Below, piece after piece: positions 46,601 through 60,300 of a stretch of DNA of 64,000 nucleotides. The first letter of the stretch is position 1. Each line of letters starts with the position of its first letter. Source of the stretch: Balanoglossus misakiensis (lineage: Eukaryota > Animalia > Hemichordata); NCBI GenBank assembly GCA_040954595.2, contig CM082596.2, forward strand, positions 1,143,754-1,207,753. The letters are read 5' to 3'. Made by a program: the position numbers and the translations under genes. The notes beneath the pieces are model-generated. The model ran no database searches, was not told the DNA's origin, and saw only the letters and a program-made list of their open reading frames with translations.

Positions 46601-49600
46601 TAACCCATGCTTTTTATCAAAAAATCACCAAATTTCGAAAATTCCCAAAGTCGAAAAATGGTCGATTTTTCGCGATTTTCCTGAGCTATAACCCATGCTT
46701 TTTATCAAAAAATCACCAAATTTCGAAAATTCCCAAAGTCGAAAAATGGTCGATTTTTCGCGATTTTCCTGAGCTATAACCCATGCTTTTTATCAAAAAA
46801 TCACCAAATTTCGAAAATTCCCAAAGTCGAAAAATGGTCGATTTTTCGCGATTTTCCTGAGCTATAACCCATGATTTTTATCAAAAAATCACCAAATTTC
46901 GAAAATTCCCAAAGTCGAAAAATGGTCGATTTTTCGCGATTTTCCTGAGCTATAACCCATGATTTTTATCAAAAAATCACCAAATTTCGAAAATTCCCAA
47001 AGTCGAAAAATGGTCGATTTTTCGCGATTTTCCTGAGCTATAACCCATGATTTTTATCAAAAAATCACCAAATTTCGAAAATTCCCAAAGTCGAAAAATG
47101 GTCGATTTTTCGCGATTTTCCTGAGCTATAACCCATGATTTTTATCAAAAAATCACCAAATTTCGAAAATTCCCAAAGTCGAAAAATGGTCGATTTTTCG
47201 CGATTTTCCTGAGCTATAACCCATGATTTTTATCAAAAAATCACCAAATTTCGAAAATTCCCAAAGTCGAAAAATGGTCGATTTTTCGCGATTTTCCTGA
47301 GCTATAACCCATGATTTTTATCAAAAAATCACCAAATTTCGAAAATTCCCAAAGTCGAAAAATGGTCGATTTTTCGCGATTTTCCTGAGCTATAACCCAT
47401 GCTTTTTATCAAAAAATCACCAAATTTCGAAAATTCCCAAAGTCGAAAAATGGTAGATTTTTCGCGATTTTCCAGAGCTATAACCCATGCTTTTTATCAA
47501 AAAATCACCAAATTTCGAAAATTCCCAAAGTCGAAAAATGGTCGATTTTTCGCGATTTTCCTGAGCTATAACCCATGATTTTTATCAAAAAATCACCAAA
47601 TTTCGAAAATTCCCAAAGTCGAAAAATGGTCGATTTTTCGCGATTTTCCTGAGCTATAACCCATGCTTTTTATCAAAAAATCACCAAATTTCGAAAATTC
47701 CCAAAGTCGAAAAATGGTCGATTTTTCGCGATTTTCCTGAGCTATAACCCATGATTTTTATCAAAAAATCACCAAATTTCGAAAATTCCCAAAGTCGAAA
47801 AATGGTCGATTTTTCGCGATTTTCCTGAGCTATAACCCATGGTTTTTATGAAAAAATCACCAAATTTCGAAAATTCCCAAAGTCGAAAAATGGTCGATTT
47901 TTCGCGATTTTCCTGAGCTATAACCCATGATTTTTATCAAAAAATCACCAAATTTCGAAAATTCCCAAAGTCGAAAAATGGTCGATTTTTCGCGATTTTC
48001 CTGAGCTATAACCCATGCTTTTTATCAAAAAATCACCAAATTTCGAAAATTCCCAAAGTCGAAAAATGGTCGATTTTTCGCGATTTTCCTGAGCTATAAC
48101 CCATGCTTTTTATCAAAAAATCACCAAATTTCGAAAATTCCCAAAGTCGAAAAATGGTCGATTTTTCGCGATTTTCCTGAGCTATAACCCATGCTTTTTA
48201 TCAAAAAATCACCAAATTTCGAAAATTCCCAAAGTCGAAAAATGGTCGATTTTTCGCGATTTTCCTGAGCTATAACCCATGATTTTTATCAAAAAATCAC
48301 CAAATTTCGAAAATTCCCAAAGTCGAAAAATGGTCGATTTTTCGCGATTTTCCTGAGCTATAACCCATGATTTTTATGAAAAAATCACCAAATTTCGAAA
48401 ATTCCCAAAGTCGAAAAATGGTCGATTTTTTCGCGATTTTCCTGAGCTATAACCCATGCTTTTTATCAAAAAATCACCAAATTTCGAAAATTCCCAAAGT
48501 CGAAAAATGGTCGATTTTTCGCGATTTTCCTGAGCTATAACCCATGCTTTTTATCAAAAAATCACCAAATTTCGAAAATTCCCAAAGTCGAAAAATGGTC
48601 GATTTTTCGCGATTTTCCTGAGCTATAACCCATGCTTTTTATCAAAAATCACCAAATTTCGAAAATTCCCAAAGTCGAAAAATGGTCGATTTTTCGCGAT
48701 TTTCCTGAGCTATAACCCATGCTTTTTATCAAAAAATCATCCAAATTTCGAAAATTCCCAAAGTCGAAAAATGGTCGATTTTTCGCGATTTTCCTGAGCT
48801 ATAACCCATGATTTTTATCAAAAAATCACCAAATTTCGAAAATTCCCAAAGTCGAAAAATGGTCGATTTTTCGCGATTTTCCTGAGCTATAACCCATGAT
48901 TTTTATGAAAAAATCACCAAATTTCGAAATTCCCAAAGTCGAAAAATGGTCGATTTTTCGCGATTTTCCTGAGCTATAACCCATGCTTTTTATGAAAAAA
49001 TCACCAAATTTCGAAAATTCCCAAAGTCGAAAAATGGTCGATTTTTCGCGATTTTCCTGAGCTATAACCCATGATTTTTATGAAAAAAATCACCAAATTT
49101 CGAAAATTCCCAAAGTCGAAAATGGTCGATTTTTCGCGATTTTCCTGAGCTATAACCCATGATTTTTATCAAAAAATCACCAAATTTCGAAAATTCCCAA
49201 AGTCGAAAATGGTCGATTTTTCGCGATTTTCCTGAGCTATAACCCATGCTTTTTATCAAAAATCACCAAATTTCGAAAATTCCCAAAGTCGAAAAATGGT
49301 CGATTTTTCGCGATTTTCCTGAGCTATAACCCATGCTTTTTATCAAAAAATCACCAAATTTCGAAAATTCCCAAAGTCGAAAAATGGTCGATTTTTCGCG
49401 ATTTTCCTGAGCTATAACCCATGCTTTTTATCAAAAAATCACCAAATTTCGAAAATTCCCAAAGTCGAAAAATGGTCGATTTTTCGCGATTTTCCTGAGC
49501 TATAACCCATGCTTTTTATCAAAAAATCACCAAATTTCGAAAATTCCCAAAGTCGAAAAATGGTCGATTTTTCGCGATTTCCTGAGCTATAACCCATGAT

Positions 49601-51333
49601 TTTATCAAAAAATCACCAAATTTCGAAAATTCCCAAAGTCGAAAAATGGTCGATTTTTCGCGATTTTCCTGAGCTATAACCCATGGTTTTTATGAAAAAA
49701 TCACCAAATTTCGAAAATTCCCAAGTCGAAAATGGTCGATTTTTCGCGATTTTCCTGAGCTATAACCCATGATTTTTATCAAAAAATCACCAAATTTCGA
49801 AAATTCCCAAAGTCGAAAAATGGTCGATTTTTCGCGATTTTCCTGAGCTATAACCCATGATTTTTATCAAAAAATCACCAAATTTCGAAAATTCCCAAAG
49901 TCGAAAAATGGTCGATTTTTCGCGATTTTCCTGAGCTATAACCCATGATTTTTATGAAAAAATCACCAAATTTCGAAAATTCCCAAAGTCGGAAAAATGG
50001 TCGATTTTTCGCGATTTTCCTGAGCTATAACCCATGATTTTTATCAAAAAATCACCAAATTTCGAAAAATTCCCAAAGTCGAAAAATGGTCGATTTTTCG
50101 CGATTTTCCTGAGCTATAACCATGATTTTTATCAAAAAATCACCAAATTTCGAAAATTCCCAAAGTCGAAAAATGGTCGATTTTTCGCGATTTTCCTGAG
50201 CTATAACCCATGGTTTTTATCAAAAAATCACCAAATTTCGAAATTCCCAAAGTCGAAAAATGGTCGTTTTTCGCGATTTTTCCTGAGCTATAACCCATGA
50301 TTTTTATCAAAAAAATCACCAAATTTCGAAAATTCCCAAAGTCGAAAAATGGTCGATTTTTCGCGATTTTCCTGAGCTATAACCCATGATTTTTATCAAA
50401 AAATCACCAAATTTCGAAAATTCCCAAAGTCGAAAATGGTCGATTTTTCGCGATTTTCCTGAGCTATAACCCATGATTTTTATCAAAAAATCACCAAAAT
50501 TTCGAAAATTCCCAAAGTCGAAAAATGGTCGATTTTTCGCGATTTTCCTGAGCTATAACCCATGCTTTTTATCAAAAAATCACCAAATTTCGAAAATTCC
50601 CAAAGTCGAAAAATGGTCGATTTTTCGCGATTTTCCTGAGCTATAACCCATGCTTTTTATCAAAAAATCACCAAATTTCGAAAATTCCCAAAGTCGAAAA
50701 ATGGTCGATTTTTCGCGATTTTCCTGAGCTATAACCCATGCTTTTTATCAAAAAATCACCAAATTTCGAAAATTCCCAAAGTCGAAAATGGTCGATTTTC
50801 GCGATTTTCCTGAGCTATAACCCATGCTTTTTATCAAAAAATCACCAAATTTCGAAAATTCCCAAAGTCGAAAAATGGTCGATTTTTCGCGATTTTCCTG
50901 AGCTATAACCCATGGTTTTTATGAAAAAATCACCAAATTTCGAAAATTCCCAAAGTCGAAAAATGGTCGATTTTTCGCGATTTTCCTGAGCTATAACCCA
51001 TGATTTTTATCAAAAAATCACCAAATTTCGAAAATTCCAAAGTCGAAAAATGGTCGATTTTTCGCGATTTTCTGAGCTATAACCATGCTTTTTATCAAAA
51101 ATCACCAAATTTCGAAAATCCCAAGTCGAAAAATGGTCGATTTTTCGCGATTTTCTGAGTATAACCCATGCTTTTTATCAAAAAATCACCAAAATTCGAA
51201 AATTCCCAAAGTCGAAAAATGGTCGATTTTTCGCGATTTCCCTGAGCTATAACCCATGATTTTATCAAAAAATCACAAATTTCGAAAATCCCAAAGTCGA
51301 AAATGGTCGATTTTTCGCGATTTTCCTGAGCTA
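34677..51333 (-). repeat. 88-bp satellite subfamily C, reverse orientation, ~189 copies
   Basis: Unit gtcgaaaaatggtcgatttttcgcgattttcctgagctataacccatg[a/c/g]tttttat[c/g]aaaaaatcaccaaatttcgaaaattcccaaa; period 88 (34681 to 34769); near-identical copies. Confidence 0.98.
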
Positions 51334-54300
51334 TTTTCGAAATTTGGTGATTTTTGATAAAATGCATGGGTTATAGCTCAGGAAAATCGCGAAAAATCGA
51401 CCATTTTTCGACTTTGGGAATTTTCGAAATTTGGTGATTTTTTTGATAAAAATCATGGGTTATAGCTCAGGAAAATCGCGAAAATCGACCATTTTTCGAC
51501 TTTGGGAATTTTCGAAATTTGGTGATTTTTTGATAAAAAGCATGGGTTATAGCTCAGGAAAATCGCGAAAATCGACCATTTTTCGACTTTGGGAATTTTC
51601 GAAATTTGGTGATTTTTTGATAAAAATCATGGGTTATAGCTCAGGAAAATCGCGAAAAATCGACATTTTTCGACTTTGGGAATTTTCGAAATTTGGTGAT
51701 TTTTGATAAAAATCATGGGTTATAGCTCAGGAAAATCGCGAAAAATCGACCATTTTTCGACTTTGGGAATTTTCGAAATTTGGTGATTTTTTGATAAAAT
51801 CATGGGTTATAGCTCAGGAAAATCGCGAAAAATCGACCATTTTTCGACTTTGGGAATTTTCGAAATTTGGTGATTTTTTCATAAAAATCCATGGGTTATA
51901 GCTCAGGAAAATCGCGAAAAATCGACCATTTTTCGACTTTGGGAATTTTCGAAATTTGGTGATTTTTTGATAAAAATCATGGGTTATAGCTCAGGAAAAT
52001 CGCGAAAAATCGACCATTTTTCGACTTTGGGAATTTTCGAAATTTGGTGATTTTTTGATAAAAAGCATGGGTTATAGCTCAGGAAAATCGCGAAAAATCG
52101 ACCATTTTTCGACTTTGGGAATTTTCGAAATTTTGGTGATTTTTTGATAAAAATCATGGGTTATAGCTCAGGAAATCGCGAAAAATCGACCATTTTTCGA
52201 CTTTGGGAATTTTCGAAATTTGGTGATTTTTTGATAAAAATCATGGGTTATAGCTCAGGAAAATCGCGAAAAATCGACCATTTTTCGACTTTGGAATTTT
52301 CGAAAATTTGGTGATTTTTTGATAAAAACCATGGGTTATAGCTCAGGAAAATCGCGAAAAAATCGACCATTTTTCGACTTTGGGAATTTCGAAATTTGGT
52401 GATTTTTTGATAAAATCATGGGTTATAGCTCAGGAAAATCGCGAAAAATCGACCATTTTTCGACTTTGGGAATTTTCGAAATTTGGTGATTTTTTGATAA
52501 AAATCATGGGTTATAGCTCAGGAAAATCGCGAAAAATCGACCATTTTTCGACTTTGGGAATTTTCGAAATTTGGTGATTTTTTCATAAAAATCATGGGTT
52601 ATAGCTCAGGAAAATCGCGAAAAATCGACCATTTTTCGACTTTGGGAATTTTCGAAATTTGGTGATTTTTTGATAAAAATCATGGGTTATAGCTCAGGAA
52701 AATCGCGAAAAATCGACCATTTTTCGACTTTGGGAATTTTCGAAATTTGGTGATTTTTTGATAAAAATCATGGGTTATAGCTCAGGAAAATCGCGAAAAA
52801 TCGACCATTTTTCGACTTTGGGAATTTTCGAAATTTGGTGATTTTTTCATAAAAATCATGGGTTATAGCTCAGGAAAATCGCGAAAATCGACCATTTTTC
52901 GACTTTGGGAATTTTCGAAATTTGGTGATTTTTTGATAAAATCATGGGTTATAGCTCAGGAAAATCGCGAAAAATCGACCATTTTTCGACTTTGGGAATT
53001 TTCGAAATTTGGTGATTTTTGATAAAATCATGGGTTATAGCTCAGGAAATCGCGAAAAATCGACCATTTTCGACTTTGGGAATTTTCGAAAATTTGGTGA
53101 TTTTTTGATAAAAATCATGGGTTATAGCTCAGGAAAATCGCGAAAAATCGACCATTTTTCGACTTTGGGAATTTTCGAAATTTGGTGATTTTTTCATAAA
53201 AATCATGGGTTATAGCTCAGGAAAATCGCGAAAAATCGACCATTTTTCGACTTTGGGAATTTTCGAAATTTGGTGATTTTTTCATAAAAATCATGGGTTA
53301 TAGCTCAGGAAAATCGCGAAAAATCGACCATTTTCGACTTTGGGAATTTTCGAAATTTGGTGATTTTTTGATAAAAATCATGGGTTATAGCTCAGGAAAA
53401 TCGCGAAAAATCGACCATTTTTCGACTTTGGGAATTTTCGAAATTTGGTGATTTTTTGATAAAAATCATGGGTTATAGCTCAGGAAAATCGCGAAAAATC
53501 GACCATTTTTCGACTTTGGGAATTTTCGAAATTTGGTGATTTTTGATAAAAATCATGGGTTATAGCTCAGGAAAATCGCGAAAAATCGACCATTTTTCGA
53601 CTTTGGGAATTTTCGAAATTTGGTGATTTTTTCATAAAAACCATGGGTTATAGCTCAGGAAAATCGCGAAAAAATCGACCATTTTTCGACTTTGGGAATT
53701 TTCGAAATTTGGTGATTTTTTGATAAAAATCATGGGTTATAGCTCAGGAAAATCGCGAAAAATCGACATTTTTCGACTTTGGGAATTTTCGAAATTTGGT
53801 GATTTTTTGATAAAAAGCATGGGTTATAGCTCAGGAAAATCGCGAAAAATCGACCATTTTTCGACTTGGGAATTTTCGAAATTTGGTGATTTTTTCATAA
53901 AAATCATGGGTTATAGCTCAGGAAAATCGCGAAAAATCGACCATTTTTCGACTTTGGGAATTTTCGAAATTTGGTGATTTTTTCATAAAAATCATGGGTT
54001 ATAGCTCAGAAAATCGCGAAAAATCGACCATTTTTCGACTTTGGGAATTTTCGAAATTTGGTGATTTTTTGATAAAAATCATGGGTTATAGCTCAGGAAA
54101 ATCGCGAAAATCGACCATTTTTCGACTTTGGGAATTTTCGAAATTTGGTGATTTTTTATAAAAGCATGGGTTATAGCTCAGGAAAATCGCGAAAAATCGA
54201 CCATTTTTCGACTTTGGGAATTTTCGAAATTTGGTGATTTTTTGATAAAAAGCATGGGTTATAGCTCAGGAAAATCGCGAAAAATCGACCATTTTTCGAC

Positions 54301-57300
54301 TTTGGGAATTTTCGAAATTTGGTGATTTTTTCATAAAAATCATGGGTTATAGCTCAGGAAAATCGCGAAAAATCGACCATTTTTCGACTTTGGGAATTTT
54401 CGAAAATTTGGTGATTTTTTCATAAAAATCATGGGTTATAGCTCAGGAAAATCGCGAAAATCGACCATTTTTCGACTTTGGGAATTTTCGAAATTTGGTG
54501 ATTTTTTCATAAAAATCATGGGTTATAGCTCAGGAAAATCGCGAAAATCGACCATTTTTCGACTTGGGAATTTTCGAATTTGGTGATTTTTTCATAAAAA
54601 GCATGGGTTATAGCTCAGGAAAATCGCGAAAAATCGACCATTTTTCGACTTTGGGAATTTTCGAAATTTGGTGATTTTTTCATAAAAATCATGGGTTATA
54701 GCTCAGGAAAATCGCGAAAAATCGACCATTTTTCGACTTTGGGAATTTTCGAAATTTGGTGATTTTTTGATAAAAATCATGGGTTATAGCTCAGGAAAAT
54801 CGCGAAAAATCGACCATTTTTCGACTTTGGGAATTTTCGAAATTTGGTGATTTTTCATAAAAACCATGGGTTATAGCTCAGGAAAATCGCGAAAAATCGA
54901 CCATTTTTCGACTTTGGGAATTTTCGAAATTTGGTGATTTTTTGATAAAAAGCATGGGTTATAGCTCAGGAAAATCGCGAAAAATCGACCATTTTTCGAC
55001 TTTGGGAATTTTCGAAATTTGGTGATTTTTTCATAAAAATCATGGGTTATAGCTCAGGAAAATCGCGAAAAATCGACCATTTTTCGACTTTGGGAATTTT
55101 CGAAATTTGGTGATTTTTTCATAAAAAACATGGGTTATAGCTCAGGAAAATCGCGAAAAATCGACCATTTTTCGACTTTGGGAATTTTCGAAATTTGGTG
55201 ATTTTTTGATAAAAAGCATGGGTTATAGCTCAGGAAAATCGCGAAAAATCGACCATTTTCGACTTTGGGAATTTTCGAAATTTGGTGATTTTTTGATAAA
55301 AAGCATGGGTTATAGCTCAGGAAAATCGCGAAAAATCGACCATTTTCGACTTTGGGAATTTTCGAAATTTGGTGATTTTTTGATAAAAAGCATGGGTTAT
55401 AGCTCAGGAAAATCGCGAAAAATCGACCATTTTCGACTTTGGGAATTTTCGAAATTTGGTGATTTTTTGATAAAAAGCATGGGTTATAGCTCAGGAAAAT
55501 CGCGAAAAATCGACCATTTTTCGACTTTGGGAATTTTCGAAATTTGGTGTGATTTTTTGATAAAAATCATGGGTTATAGCTCAGGAAAATCGCGAAAAAT
55601 CGACCATTTTTCGACTTTGGGAATTTTCGAAATTTGGTGATTTTTTGATAAAAATCATGGGTTATAGCTCAGGAAAATCGCGAAAAATCGACCATTTTCG
55701 ACTTTGGGAATTTTCGAAATTTGGTGATTTTTGATAAAAATCATGGGTTATAGCTCAGGAAAATCGCGAAAAATCGACCATTTTTCGACTTTGGGAATTT
55801 TCGAAATTTGGTGATTTTTTGATAAAAAGCATGGGTTATAGCTCAGGAAAATCGCGAAAAATCGACCATTTTTCGACTTTGGGAATTTTCGAAATTTGGT
55901 GATTTTTTGATAAAAAGCATGGGTTATAGCTCAGGAAAATCGCGAAAAATCGACCATTTTTCGACTTTGGGATTTTCGAAATTTGGTGATTTTTTGATAA
56001 AAAGCATGGGTTATAGCTCAGGAAAATCGCGAAAATCGACCATTTTCGACTTTGGGAATTTTCGAAATTTGGTGATTTTTTCATAAAAAGCATGGGTTAT
56101 AGCTCAGGAAATCGCGAAAAATCGACCATTTTTCGACTTTGGGGAATTTTCGAAATTTGGTGATTTTTTGATAATAAAAGCATGGGTTATAGCTCAGGAA
56201 AATCGCGAAAAATCGACCATTTTTCGACTTTGGGAATTTTCGAAATTTGGTGATTTTTTCATAAAAACTCATGGGTTATAGCTCAGGAAAATCGCGAAAA
56301 TCGACCATTTTTCGACTTTGGGAATTTTCGAAATTTGGTGATTTTTTTGATAAAAAGCATGGGTTATAGCTCAGGAAAATCGCGAAAAATCGACCATTTT
56401 TCGACTTTGGGAATTTTCGAAATTTGGTGATTTTTTGATAAAAAGCATGGGTTATAGCTCAGGAAAATCGCGAAAAATCGACCATTTTTCGACTTTGGGA
56501 ATTTTCGAAATTTGGTGATTTTTCATAAAAATCATGGGTTATAGCTCAGGAAAATCGCGAAAAATCGACCATTTTCGACTTTGGGAATTTTCGAAATTTG
56601 GTGATTTTTTGATAAAAATCATGGGTTATAGCTCAGGAAAATCGCGAAAAATCGACCATTTTTCGACTTTGGGAATTTTCGAAATTTGGTGATTTTTTGA
56701 TAAAAAAGCATGGGTTATAGCTCAGGAAAATCGCGAAAAATCGACCATTTTTCGACTTTGGGAATTTTCGAAATTTGGTGATTTTTTCATAAAAACCATG
56801 GGTTATAGCTCAGGAAAATCGCGAAAAATCGACCATTTTCGACTTTGGGAATTTTCGAAATTTGGTGATTTTTTGATAAAAATCATGGTTATAGCTCAGG
56901 AAAATCGCGAAAAATCGACCATTTTTCGACTTTGGGAATTTTCGAAATTTGGTGATTTTTTGATAAAAATCATGGGTATAGCTCAGGAAAATCGCGAAAA
57001 ATCGACCATTTTCGACTTTGGGAATTTTCGAAATTTGGTGATTTTTTCATAAAAAGCATGGGTTATAGCTCAGGAAAATCGCGAAAAATCGACCATTTTT
57101 CGACTTTGGGAATTTTCGAAATTTGGTGATTTTTTGATAAAAATGCATGGGTTATAGCTCAGGAAAATCGCGAAAAATCGACCATTTTTCGACTTTGGGA
57201 ATTTCGAAATTTGGTGATTTTTTGATAAAAATCCATGGGTTATAGCTCAGAAAATCGCGAAAAATCGACCATTTTCGACTTTGGGAATTTTCGAAATTTG

Positions 57301-60300
57301 GTGATTTTTTGATAAAAATCATGGGTTTATAGCTCAGGAAAATCGCGAAAAATCGACCATTTTTCGACTTTGGGAATTTTCGAAATTTGGTGATTTTTTG
57401 ATAAAAATCATGGGTTAATAGCTCAGGAAAATCGCGAAAAATCGACCATTTTTCGACTTTGGGAATTTTCGAAATTTGGTGATTTTTTTGATAAAAATCA
57501 TGGGTTATAGCTCAGGAAAATCGCGAAAAATCGACCATTTTTCGACTTTGGGAATTTTCGAAATTTGGTGATTTTTTCATAAAAATCATGGGTTATAGCT
57601 CAGGAAAATCGCGAAAAATCGACCATTTTTCGACTTTGGGATTTTCGAAATTTGGTGATTTTTTGATAAAAATCATGGGTTATAGCTCAGGAAAATCGCG
57701 AAAAATCGACCATTTTTCGACTTTGGGAATTTTCGAAATTTGGTGATTTTTTGATAAAAATCATGGGTTATAGCTCAGGAAAATCGCGAAAATCGACCAT
57801 TTTTCGACTTTGGGATTTTCGAAATTTGGTGATTTTTTGATAAAAATCATGGGTTATTAGCTCAGGAAAATCGCGAAAAATCGACCATTTTTCGACTTTG
57901 GGAATTTTCGAAATTTGGTGATTTTTTGATAAAAATCATGGGTTATAGCTCAGGAAAATCGCGAAAAATCGACCATTTTTCGACTTTGGGAATTTTCGAA
58001 ATTTGGTGATTTTTTGATAAAAATCATGGGTTATAGCTCAGGAAAATCGCGAAAAATCGACCATTTTTCGACTTTGGGAATTTTCGAAATTTGGTGATTT
58101 TTTGATAAAAATCCATGGGTTATAGCTCAGGAAAATCGCGAAAAATCGACCATTTTTCGACTTTGGGAATTTTCGAAATTTGGTGATTTTTTCATAAAAA
58201 TCATGGGTTATAGCTCAGGAAAATCGCGAAAAATCGACCATTTTTCGACTTTGGGAATTTTCGAAATTTGGTGATTTTTTCATAAAAACCATGGGTTATA
58301 GCTCAGGAAAATCGCGAAAAATCGACCATTTTTCGACTTTGGGAATTTTCGAAATTTGGTGATTTTTGATAAAAATCATGGGTTATAGCTCAGGAAAATC
58401 GCGAAAAATCGACCATTTTTCGACTTTGGGAATTTTCGAAATTTGGTGATTTTTTGATAAAAATCATGGGTTATAGCTCAGGAAAATCGCGAAAAATCGA
58501 CCATTTTTCGACTTTGGGAATTTTCGAAATTTGGTGATTTTTTGATAAAAGCATGGGTTATAGCTCAGGAAAATCGCGAAAAATCGACCATTTTTCGACT
58601 TTGGGAATTTTCGAAATTTGGTGATTTTTTCATAAAAATCATGGGTTATAGCTCAGGAAAATCGCGAAAAATCGACCATTTTTCGACTTTGGGAATTTTC
58701 GAAATTTGGTGATTTTTTCATAAAAACCATGGTTATAGCTCAGGAAAATCGCGAAAAATCGACCATTTTTCGACTTTGGGAATTTTCGAAATTTGGTGAT
58801 TTTTTGATAAAATCATGGGTTATAGCTCAGGAAAATCGCGAAAAATCGACCATTTTTCGACTTTGGGAATTTTCGAAATTTGGTGATTTTTATAAAAAGC
58901 ATGGGTTATAGCTCAGGAAAATCGCGAAAAATCGACCATTTTTCGACTTTGGGAATTTTCGAAATTTGGTGATTTTTTGATAAAAATCATGGGTTATAGC
59001 TCAGGAAAATCGCGAAAAATCGACCATTTTTCGACTTTGGGAATTTTCGAAATTTGGTGATTTTTTGATAAAAATCATGGGTTATAGCTCAGGAAAATCG
59101 CGAAAAATCGACCATTTTTCGACTTTGGGAATTTTCGAAATTTGGTGATTTTTTGATAAAAATCATGGGTTATAGCTCAGGAAAATCGCGAAAAATCGAC
59201 CATTTTTCGACTTTGGGAATTTTCGAAATTTGGGTGATTTTTTGATAAAAATCATGGGTTATAGCTCAGGAAAATCGCGAAAAATCGACCATTTTTCGAC
59301 TTTGGGAATTTTCGAAATTTGGTGATTTTTTCATAAAAATCATGGGTTATAGCTCAGGAAATCGCGAAAAATCGACCATTTTTCGACTTTGGGAATTTTC
59401 GAAATTTGGTGATTTTTTCATAAAAATCAATGGGTTATAGCTCAGGAAAATCGCGAAAAATCGACCATTTTTCGACTTTGGAATTTTCGAAATTTGGTGA
59501 TTTTTTGATAAAAATCATGGGTTATAGCTCAGGAAAATCGCGAAAAATCGACCATTTTTCGACTTTGGGAATTTTCGAAATTTGGTGATTTTTTGATAAA
59601 AATCATGGGTTATAGCTCAGGAAAATCGCGAAAAATCGACCATTTTTCGACTTTGGGAATTTTCGAAATTTGGTGATTTTTTATAAAAATCATGGGTTAT
59701 AGCTCAGGAAAATCGCGAAAAATCGACCATTTTTCGACTTTGGAAATTTTCGAAATTTGGTGATTTTTTGATAAAAATCATGGGTTATAGCTCAGGAAAA
59801 TCGCGAAAAATCGACCATTTTCGACTTTGGGAATTTTCGAAATTTGGTGATTTTTTGATAAAAATCATGGGTTATAGCTCAGGAAAATCGCGAAAAATCG
59901 ACCATTTTTTCGACTTTGGGAATTTTCGAAATTTGGTGATTTTTTGATAAAATTCATGGGTTATAGCTCAGGAAAATCGCGAAAAATCGACCATTTTTCG
60001 ACTTTGGGAATTTTCGAAATTTGGTGATTTTTTCATAAAAATCATGGGTTATAGCTCAGGAAAATCGCGAAAAATCGACCATTTTTCGACTTTGGGAATT
60101 TTCGAAATTTGGTGATTTTTTTCATAAAAACCATGGGTTATAGCTCAGGAAAATCGCGAAAAATCGACCATTTTTCGACTTTGGGAATTTTCGAAATTTG
60201 GTGATTTTTTGATAAAAATCATGGGTTATAGCTCAGGAAAATCGCGAAAAATCGACCATTTTTCGACTTTGGGAATTTTCGAAATTTGGTGATTTTTTGA

